Source: Bacilli bacterium (GTDB lineage: Bacteria > Bacillota_I > Bacilli_A > RFN20 > CAG-826). Taken from it: a stretch of 64,000 nucleotides of DNA. Position 1 is the stretch's first letter. Each line of letters starts with the position of its first letter. This document shows, one piece after another, positions 52,359 to 59,884 of this stretch. The stretch lies in the NCBI GenBank assembly GCA_045628045.1, contig JAZQOV010000002.1, forward strand, positions 64,001 to 128,000. Reading direction: 5' to 3'. Under the pieces are notes generated by a model. It was given only the letters and a program-made list of their open reading frames with translations, was not told the origin of the DNA and made no database searches. Made by a program: the position numbers and the translations under genes.

Positions 52359-52733
52359 ATGAAAAAAGTCACTGTTAAAGAATTTATTTGGTACGCAGGT
52401 TGTGCGTTAGTTGCTGTCCTTGGTCTTATTGCAATTACCTTTGGTATTGTTGGCTACTATATGCCATCAACTGCAGAAACAGGCAACTTTGTTGAAGTCT
52501 TTGAAAATAAGATTCACTTTGAATTAAGATGGGCTGGATTAATCGCAGTTGCGGCAGCAGTTGTTGTCTTCATTATTTGCTTACTTGTTAATGCAAAGAA
52601 AGCAGACAGAGACGTTGAAAAGAAACTTCGTCGTGAACAAAGAATTGCAGCAAGTGCTAATAGCACAATTGAAGTTAAGAAGGCTGTTGAGGTTATTGAA
52701 GAAGCTCCAGCTGAAGAGCAAAAAGCTCAATAA
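52359..52733 (+). CDS. Hypothetical membrane protein (2 TM)
   Basis: Two hydrophobic helices and a charged C-terminus. Confidence 0.7.
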   Translation: MKKVTVKEFIWYAGCALVAVLGLIAITFGIVGYYMPSTAETGNFVEVFENKIHFELRWAGLIAVAAAVVVFIICLLVNAKKADRDVEKKLRREQRIAASANSTIEVKKAVEVIEEAPAEEQKAQ

Positions 52734-52816
52734 TTACTTCGAAAAATTAAAAATCAAAAAGTGTCAATTTGGCACTTTTTCTTTTACTTGCGAATTACCT
52801 TTGGTATAATTCAGTT

Positions 52817-54076
52817 ATGACCTTAAAAGAAGTTCGCAAGTTAAAACATATAACTCAAGAAGAAGCCGCTTCTATTTTAGAGGTTCCTTTAAGAACATAT
52901 AAAAGATACGAGAATGATCCAAAATATTTTGAATCATATAAATATGAGGCTGCAGTTTTAAAACTTAAAAATTATAAAGGTAAAACAAAGAAAACAAGAA
53001 TTAAAATAAATAAAGATAATCTACTTATTGTAGGCGCGGGATTTGTAGGTTCTGCGTGCGGAGAAGTTTATTCAAAAAGATTTGATATTACTTTTGTGGA
53101 TATTGATGAAAATAAGCTTCAATCTCTTAAGGGCAAATATAAAGTCTCAAATAGTATTGAAAAGATAAAAGAAATCTCAAATGTTTTACTTTGCCTTCCT
53201 ACTGATTATGATGAGGAAACAAAAACATATAAGACAGATGCTATTGAAAGCTCAATTGAGTCAGTTTTAAAAGTTAATCCAAACGCATTAATTATTGTTA
53301 AATCTACAGTTGCTGTTGGATACACAAATTACCTTTCAGAAAAGTTCAATCATCCAATTTATTTTATGCCAGAATTTTTAAGAGAAAAATATGCGGTGGA
53401 AGATGCAAAAAGACCGATTAGGTTACTTGTTGGCGCAGACAAAATAACCGGGAATTTACGAAAATTTTCAGAAAATATCGAGAAATCTCTTGATATTCCA
53501 ATGAGGACAAGTTTTGTTTCAAATAAAGAAGCTGAAGCAATTAAATTATTTTCAAATTCGTATCTTGCAATGCGTGTTTCTTTCTTTAATGAATTAGATC
53601 AATTTGCAATGGAAGAAGGCATGAATTCTAAGGCTATTATTTCCTCACTAGGCTTAGATGATAGAATTGGTGATTCTTACAATAATCCAAGCTACTGTTA
53701 TAGTGGTTATTGTCTTCCAAAAGATGTCAAAGTTCTAGGTGGCCAAACTGTTGGCACTCTTCTTAAAGCTATTGATAAATCAAATGCTGATAGGAAGAGG
53801 TCAATTGTAAACAGCATCATTTTTAAAGCTTATGAATTATCAAAAGATCCTGTTATTGGAGTTTATAAAACAGATTTTTCTAAAGAAAGACACATTGATA
53901 GCCTTTCTGAAATTCATGAACTTTTAAAGAAACATAGAATTAAGACATTACTTTATACTGGCAAAGATGAATCTTTAGAGGAGTTCGCTAATAAATCAAC
54001 TCTCATTATTTGTGAGAAAATGTCAAAAGAACTTCTTGAGTATAAAAATAAAGTATACACACGTAACATAAAATAA
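52817..54076 (+). CDS. XRE-HTH fused UDP-glucose/GDP-mannose dehydrogenase family protein (Ugd-like)
   Basis: N-terminal HTH (LKEVRK...TQEEAASILEVPLRTYKRYE); GAGFVG, KSTV, PEFLRE, EAIKLFSNSYLAMRVSFFNE, GYCLPKD; ATG at 52817 six bases after TGnTATAAT. Confidence 0.85.
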   Translation: MTLKEVRKLKHITQEEAASILEVPLRTYKRYENDPKYFESYKYEAAVLKLKNYKGKTKKTRIKINKDNLLIVGAGFVGSACGEVYSKRFDITFVDIDENKLQSLKGKYKVSNSIEKIKEISNVLLCLPTDYDEETKTYKTDAIESSIESVLKVNPNALIIVKSTVAVGYTNYLSEKFNHPIYFMPEFLREKYAVEDAKRPIRLLVGADKITGNLRKFSENIEKSLDIPMRTSFVSNKEAEAIKLFSNSYLAMRVSFFNELDQFAMEEGMNSKAIISSLGLDDRIGDSYNNPSYCYSGYCLPKDVKVLGGQTVGTLLKAIDKSNADRKRSIVNSIIFKAYELSKDPVIGVYKTDFSKERHIDSLSEIHELLKKHRIKTLLYTGKDESLEEFANKSTLIICEKMSKELLEYKNKVYTRNIK

Positions 54077-54167
54077 ATTAATAGTTCGACAAAATGTGCA
54101 ATTCTTGCAGTTTTTCTTTACTTTTTTCTTTAATACTATACTATGTATAACAAAGAGAGGTGCAATT

Positions 54168-55361
54168 ATGACATTAAAAGAAACTCGCAAAAATTGCAAA
54201 TTAACACAAGAAGAAGCCGCAAAAGTAGTCGGAACTTCCTTAAGAACTTATGTTGCTTATGAAAAAGATGAAGCAAAAGCTGATCATTTAAAACTCACAA
54301 GAATGATTGAAATCTTAAATGAATATGCAGCAAAAGATACATCAATCTTAAAAGACAAGGTCTTATTAATTACTGGTGGTACCGGTTCATTTGGCCACGC
54401 TGTAGTTGATAGATTCTTAAATACTGAGATTAAAGAAATCAGAATTCTTTCACGTGATGAAAAGAAACAAGATGATATGAGAAAGGCATACAACAATGAA
54501 AAACTTAAATTCTACATTGGTGATGTCCGTAACTTATCAAGCATTGTAGATGCATTCAAGGGTGTTGACTACGTTTTCTCTGCAGCAGCACTTAAACAAG
54601 TTCCATCATGTGAATTCTATCCAATGGAAGCTGTCAGAACTAATGTTATTGGTTCAGATAACGTTATTACTGCATGTGTTCAAAACCATGTTAAGAAAGC
54701 AATCTTCTTATCAACGGATAAGGCAGCATATCCAATTAACGCTATGGGTATTTCAAAAGCTTTAATGGAAAAGAATGTTGTCGCAAGATCAAGACAACTT
54801 CTCAAAGATGATACTGTTTTATGTTTAACACGTTATGGAAACGTTATGGCCTCACGTGGTTCAGTTATTCCTCTATTCCTTCAACAAATTCATGATGGAA
54901 AACCAATCACAATCACAAATCCAGAAATGACAAGATTTATGATGACACTCGATGATGCTGTCGATTTAGTCCTTTACGCCTTTGAACACGGTGAACAAGG
55001 TGACTTATTCGTCCAAAAGGCTCCTGCTGCCACAATTGAAACACTTGCTAAAGCAGTTATTAATTTAACAGGATCAAAAACTGGTATTTCATATATTGGA
55101 ACACGTCATGGTGAAAAGTTATATGAAACTTTAGTCACTCAAGAAGAAATGTTACGTGCAGAAGACATGGGTAACTTCTTTAGAGTGTGCGCAGATAATA
55201 GAAACCTTAACTACGATAAATACTTTACCAAAGGTAATAAGAAGTTAAATATTGGTGATTCATACACATCACATAACACTGGTAGACTTGATGTTAAAGG
55301 AATGGAAAAACTCCTTAAGAAACTTGAACTTTTTGGTGGACCAGTTAAACAACACGAATAA
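54168..55361 (+). CDS. fnlA: XRE-HTH fused UDP-GlcNAc 4,6-dehydratase/epimerase (FnlA/CapE/WbjB family)
   Basis: N-terminal HTH (LKETRK...TQEEAAKVVGTSLRTYVAYE); ITGGTGSFG, SRDEKKQDDMR, AALKQVPSCEFYP, YPINAMGISK, RYGNVMASRGSV. Confidence 0.9.
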   Translation: MTLKETRKNCKLTQEEAAKVVGTSLRTYVAYEKDEAKADHLKLTRMIEILNEYAAKDTSILKDKVLLITGGTGSFGHAVVDRFLNTEIKEIRILSRDEKKQDDMRKAYNNEKLKFYIGDVRNLSSIVDAFKGVDYVFSAAALKQVPSCEFYPMEAVRTNVIGSDNVITACVQNHVKKAIFLSTDKAAYPINAMGISKALMEKNVVARSRQLLKDDTVLCLTRYGNVMASRGSVIPLFLQQIHDGKPITITNPEMTRFMMTLDDAVDLVLYAFEHGEQGDLFVQKAPAATIETLAKAVINLTGSKTGISYIGTRHGEKLYETLVTQEEMLRAEDMGNFFRVCADNRNLNYDKYFTKGNKKLNIGDSYTSHNTGRLDVKGMEKLLKKLELFGGPVKQHE

Positions 55362-55424
55362 AATTCGAAAATCAAAATACGAAAAATTTGCGTATTAAAA
55401 AATGAAAAAGCGCAAAATAAGATT

Positions 55425-56525
55425 ATGAAAGTTTTAGTTACAGGATCAAATGGTTTTATTGGAAAACACATGACCAAAGCCTTATTAAAGGCTGGTTATG
55501 AGGTTTTCCCATACGATATTGATAAAACAGAAGAAGACTTAGTTAATTATATTAATGAGACTGATTTTGTTGTTCATTTAGCAGGTATTAATCGACCACT
55601 TACTACTGAAGAATTTTATAATGGGAACACTAACTTCACTAAAAAGGTAGTGGATTTAATAAAAGAAAGTGGTCGAAATACTCCTATAATCATGTCTAGC
55701 TCTATTCAAGCAGCATTAGATAATGATTATGGAAAATCTAAAAAGATGGGAGAAGACTTCTTATTTAAGTCTGGACTTCCTGTCTTTGTATTTAGACTTG
55801 CTAATGTATTCGGAAAGTGGTGTAGACCAAACTACAATAGCGCGGCTGCTACATTTATGTATAACATAGCGCACAATCTTCCTATTGAGATTAGAGATAG
55901 AAATTACGTTGTCCATTATAACTATGTCATTGACATTGTTAATACATTCTTAGAATGCATAAAAGGAAACATTAAGCCTTCAAAAGAAGTGTTATCTGTT
56001 TCTCCAGTTCACGATTGTTCACTTGGCACTTTAGCGGACACTCTTACCTACTTTAAAAACACTGTGGAATCAGATGAACACTTACCTCTTATTAAAAATG
56101 AGTTTGAGTTTAAGTTATTTGTCTCTTTCATGGATTATCTTTCTGAGGAAGGCTATTCCTTTAACTTCGCGGAAGATGCACGTGGATCATTTGAAGAAAT
56201 ATATAAATCAAAAAAATATGGTCAAATTTCACTAAATACATCTTTCCCTGGAATCACTAAAGGTGGTCATTATCACACTTACAAAAATGAAATATTCATG
56301 ACCGTTAAAGGTGATTGTGTTACAAGACTTAGAAAGATTGGAACCTCCGAAATACTTGAATATCCTCAACATGGAAAAGATTCAACAAGGGTTAAAATCA
56401 TTCCAGAATACACTCACGATATTAAAAATGTTGGAAGTGAAGAATCAGTTACTATAATGTGGATTTCTGAAGTTTACTCTGATAAGACTCCAGACACATT
56501 TAGAGAAGACGTCGATATTAAATAA
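55425..56525 (+). CDS. fnlB: SDR-cupin bifunctional reductase (FnlB/CapF/WbjC family)
   Basis: TGSNGFIG, HLAGINRP, SSIQA.LDNDYGKSK, NVFGKWCRPNYNS, cupin DARGSF...PGITKGGHYH. Confidence 0.88.
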   Translation: MKVLVTGSNGFIGKHMTKALLKAGYEVFPYDIDKTEEDLVNYINETDFVVHLAGINRPLTTEEFYNGNTNFTKKVVDLIKESGRNTPIIMSSSIQAALDNDYGKSKKMGEDFLFKSGLPVFVFRLANVFGKWCRPNYNSAAATFMYNIAHNLPIEIRDRNYVVHYNYVIDIVNTFLECIKGNIKPSKEVLSVSPVHDCSLGTLADTLTYFKNTVESDEHLPLIKNEFEFKLFVSFMDYLSEEGYSFNFAEDARGSFEEIYKSKKYGQISLNTSFPGITKGGHYHTYKNEIFMTVKGDCVTRLRKIGTSEILEYPQHGKDSTRVKIIPEYTHDIKNVGSEESVTIMWISEVYSDKTPDTFREDVDIK

Positions 56526-56706
56526 TAAATATAGGAAAAAGATAAAAGCACTGGGAATTCCCGGTGTTTTTCATAATCTTTTGCCTATATTTACATAATT
56601 TTCTCGTATTACAAAATGTGTTGACTCTTCTAAATAATATAGTTGTCCCTAGTAGATAGAGCTCATCTATTAGGAACACTTAATATTAAGAAAGGAAAAT
56701 CAAATT

Positions 56707-56916
56707 ATGTTTGTATTACTTAAACTTATGGGATGCGTAGTATGGATCACTGCAATTATTCTTGCATTTGTCTTTATTGGAAAATCTGTTAGCGCATTTC
56801 GTAATGAAGATACTACTGGTTCAAAAGTAGGATGGATCTTGGCAACAATTGCTAACTTAATAATTGGTGCTGGTATTGGATTACTTTTCTACCAAGTAGC
56901 AGCACTTATTAAGTAG
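56707..56916 (+). CDS. Small 2-TM membrane protein
   Basis: GAAAGGA RBS, 69 aa, two hydrophobic helices. Confidence 0.6.
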   Translation: MFVLLKLMGCVVWITAIILAFVFIGKSVSAFRNEDTTGSKVGWILATIANLIIGAGIGLLFYQVAALIK

Positions 56917-56943
56917 TTATAAAACTTTTGGAGGTAAGAAAAT

Positions 56944-57186
56944 ATGAAAACAGCCAGAAGATTTTATAAAGCGATTGCTTGCATTGTGGCTATGTTATTT
57001 ATCGCAACACTAGTGTTATACATAATCTTAATGATTAGGTCATTCACAAGAGGTGTTGATGGACTAACTGCAGGCTTTCTAGTAGTTGGTATTATCGCAT
57101 TACTTATCGTTGTGCCTACACTTGCTAACTTTTTTATGGGAAGAGGCTGCAAGTGCGATAAATACCATCTAAATCAAAAAGAATAA
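56944..57186 (+). CDS. Small 2-TM membrane protein
   Basis: GGAGG RBS, 80 aa, two hydrophobic helices; followed by terminator GGACAC-atccgt-GTGTCC-TTTT (57211-57232). Confidence 0.6.
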   Translation: MKTARRFYKAIACIVAMLFIATLVLYIILMIRSFTRGVDGLTAGFLVVGIIALLIVVPTLANFFMGRGCKCDKYHLNQKE

Positions 57187-57242
57187 CTCACCCTCCCGAG
57201 TTTATCTTATGGACACATCCGTGTGTCCTTTTCTTTTGTTTT

Positions 57243-57359
57243 TGTCGCATTTGTCGCAACAATTTGAAGTATTACTAATACGAAAATTTAATCATGTCGT
57301 ATAAATTGCGACACAAAACAACAGAAAATATTGCAAAATTATGACAAATGCCATAAACT
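57243..57359 (+). promoter_or_regulatory. Promoter and candidate operator upstream of HTH-fnlC
   Basis: TGTCGCA at 57243 and 57252; palindrome TGTCGTA-N5-TGCGACA at 57295-57313; TTGCAA(57331)-N17-TAAACT(57354), ATG 6 bp later. Confidence 0.55.
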
Positions 57360-57365
57360 TTAGGC

Positions 57366-58688
57366 ATGGAAAAATTAATATCACAAAGAAAAGACCTTGG
57401 ACTTACTCAAGGCGAAGCCGCAAAGGCACTTGGAGTTTCACTTCGTACATATCAAAGATATGAGAGTGAAGGAACTCTTGATGAAACAAAATTAAATAAG
57501 ATCTGTGCGGATCTAAAAATGAAATGTGGCAAAGTCACATATAAAGGATTTTTAGACAATGGAAAACTCAAACTTTTAATTATTGTTGGAACAAGACCAG
57601 AAATCATTCGTCTTGCTGCAGTAATAAATAAATGTAGAGATTACTTTGATGTCATTTTAGCGCATACAGGTCAAAACTATGATTACAATCTTAATGGTGT
57701 TTTCTTTAAAGACCTTGGAATCAAAGATCCAGATGTTTACTTAAACGCAGTTGGAAAAGATCTTGGGGAAACCATGGGAAATATCATTGCAAGATCATAT
57801 GAGCTTATGGTGGAGATTAAACCAGACGCAGTTTTGGTTCTTGGAGACACAAATTCATGTCTTTCAGTAATTGGAGCAAAACGTCTTCATATTCCAATCT
57901 TCCATATGGAAGCTGGAAATAGATGCAAAGATGAATGTCTTCCAGAAGAAACAAACAGAAGAATTGTTGATATTATCTCTGATGTTAACCTCGCATATTC
58001 TGAGCATGCACGCAGATATCTCGCGGATACAGGACTTCCAAAAGAAAGAACTTATGTTACAGGTTCACCAATGGCGGAAGTTCTCACCAATAACATTAAA
58101 CAAATTGAATCAAGTGATATTTTGACTCGCTTGAATCTAAAAAAAGGAAAATACATTCTTCTTTCCGCACATCGTGAGGAAAATATTGATACAGAGAAAA
58201 ACTTCTTGTCCTTGTTTAACGCTATTAACAAGATGGCAGAGATTTACGATATGCCAATCTTGTATTCATGCCATCCAAGAAGTAAGAAAAGACTTGAATC
58301 ATCAAAGTTTAAACTTGATGAAAGAGTCATCATGCATGAACCACTTGGATTCCATGATTACAATAACTTACAAATGAATGCTTTCTGTGTTGTATCTGAT
58401 TCAGGTACTCTTCCAGAAGAATCAAGCTTCTACGCAAGTATTGGTAAGCCAATTGCGGCAGTTTGTATTAGAACATCCACTGAAAGACCAGAAGCTTTAG
58501 ATGATGCTTGCTTCGTTTTAGCGGGTATTGATGAAAAGAATCTTCTTCAAGCAGTGGAAGTAGCAATCAAAAACAAAGCTGGATGTCATCCAGTAGATAA
58601 TTACGTAGACACGAACGTATCAGACAAAGTTGTTAAGTTAATACAATCTTATGTTGGTGTTGTTAATAAAATGGTGTGGAGAAAATAA
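57366..58688 (+). CDS. fnlC: XRE-HTH fused non-hydrolysing UDP-HexNAc 2-epimerase (FnlC/CapG/WecB family)
   Basis: N-terminal HTH (RKDLGLTQGEAAKALGVSLRTYQRYE); VGTRPEIIRL, HTGQNYD, LGDTNS, HMEAGNR, PEETNR, HREEN, SDSGT..EE, TERPE. Confidence 0.9.
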   Translation: MEKLISQRKDLGLTQGEAAKALGVSLRTYQRYESEGTLDETKLNKICADLKMKCGKVTYKGFLDNGKLKLLIIVGTRPEIIRLAAVINKCRDYFDVILAHTGQNYDYNLNGVFFKDLGIKDPDVYLNAVGKDLGETMGNIIARSYELMVEIKPDAVLVLGDTNSCLSVIGAKRLHIPIFHMEAGNRCKDECLPEETNRRIVDIISDVNLAYSEHARRYLADTGLPKERTYVTGSPMAEVLTNNIKQIESSDILTRLNLKKGKYILLSAHREENIDTEKNFLSLFNAINKMAEIYDMPILYSCHPRSKKRLESSKFKLDERVIMHEPLGFHDYNNLQMNAFCVVSDSGTLPEESSFYASIGKPIAAVCIRTSTERPEALDDACFVLAGIDEKNLLQAVEVAIKNKAGCHPVDNYVDTNVSDKVVKLIQSYVGVVNKMVWRK

Positions 58689-58819
58689 TCCACACCTTTT
58701 TTATAATGTTGAAATAGTTTTTTGCCAATAGACCGAATAGGTTGTATTGGTGAATTTTAATAAAACTCTTTCATATTATGAATACATATGCTATCATATG
58801 TTTGCAAAAGGAATCAGTT

Positions 58820-59275
58820 ATGGCATTTAATCAAAGAGAATACACAAACGATTACAACAAAAATACATATAAAATGTATCCTTTTAGGGTGAAGCAAAAC
58901 TCTACCTCAGTTATTGAGAAGCTTAAATCTGTGCCAAGTATGAACGCATATGTTCTCTCACTAATTGAAAATGACATTAATCCAGGTGTATTAACTCTTA
59001 AGATGATAAAAGATCGTATTTTGCCTGTGTTAAATAAGCATAACATTAACGAGGTTTATTTGTTTGGGAGCTATGCTCGTGGAGAAGCAAATAGGGATAG
59101 CGATTTAGATATATATTGTGAAAAAGGTGATATAAAGTCATTCATTGATCAAGAAATGCTTGAAGATGAGCTTAAAAACGCATTAGGGAAGGATGTTGAT
59201 ATTGTTTTTATTGGATCCAAGATGGATGATTTCTTTAAATCACAATTAGAAGGAGATAAAATTAGAATATGTTAA
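58820..59275 (+). CDS. Minimal nucleotidyltransferase (MntA-type antitoxin) with N-terminal RHH-like extension
   Basis: LFGSYARGEA...SDLD MNT motif, DVDIV; AAAGGA RBS before ATG 58820. Confidence 0.85.
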   Translation: MAFNQREYTNDYNKNTYKMYPFRVKQNSTSVIEKLKSVPSMNAYVLSLIENDINPGVLTLKMIKDRILPVLNKHNINEVYLFGSYARGEANRDSDLDIYCEKGDIKSFIDQEMLEDELKNALGKDVDIVFIGSKMDDFFKSQLEGDKIRIC

Positions 59276-59613
59276 CAATTAAAGAACAAGGCTTATTGCT
59301 CGGAATAATAAAACACTGTGATAAAATTCTTGAAAAGATTAATAGAATTACAAGAGTTCAATTTGATGAAGACGAGGATGTTATTCAGATTGTCTGCTTT
59401 AATATTTTGCAAATTGGAGAACTTGTAAAACATTTTGATGTTTCTTTCACAAGCAAATTTAATGAAGTCCCATGGAGTTTAATTGCACGCATGAGAGATA
59501 AAGTCGCTCATGGATATGGAACAATTGATATTGATATAGTGTGGGGAACCGCAACAAAAGATATATCTTCTTTAAAAGCCTATTGTGAAAAGATTCTTAA
59601 GGAAAATATATAA
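59269..59613 (+). CDS. HEPN/DUF86 ribonuclease toxin (HepT-like)
   Basis: QIGE, PW..I..MRDKVAHGY (R-x4-H), IVW; overlaps the MNT gene. Confidence 0.88.
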   Translation: MLTIKEQGLLLGIIKHCDKILEKINRITRVQFDEDEDVIQIVCFNILQIGELVKHFDVSFTSKFNEVPWSLIARMRDKVAHGYGTIDIDIVWGTATKDISSLKAYCEKILKENI

Positions 59614-59622
59614 TACTTAATA

Positions 59623-59688
59623 AAAGATAACACCTCTAATCTAAAGCATCGAACGTAATTTATAAGTGAAATACTAGTGTTTTCTTTT
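59623..59688 (+). repeat. Cassette-boundary palindromic repeat, copy 1 (most diverged)
   Basis: AAAGATAACACCTCTAATCTAAAGCATCGAACGTAATTTATAAGTGAAATACTAGTGTTTTCTTT; 9 bp after the HEPN stop. Confidence 0.85.
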
Positions 59689-59884
59689 ATCTCTTTTGCA
59701 TATTCTATATGCGAGCGTACTTAAGTAGTGAACTTCATTTGCAAAAGAGCTGCTAGAGGATGATAACACAGTAAAATTGAATTGCATAATAAGTATGATG
59801 TGTTAAAATAGCACTAGAAAATTTGAATAACTAAGTTAAATAAATTTGCAAAATTAAAATGATATATTATTGCAATTAGAGAAA

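Noticed and set aside
56538-56572. AAAGATAAAAGCACTGGGAATTCCCGGTGTTTTC after fnlB resembles the outer arms of the cassette repeat
   Set aside because: It lacks the conserved GCATTGAACGTAA...GTGAAATGC core; best explained as an ordinary terminator hairpin.
59779-59808. GCATAA...TGTTAAA as a chromosomal dif site
   Set aside because: Arm spacing is 8 bp rather than 6 and both arms match weakly in AT-rich sequence.
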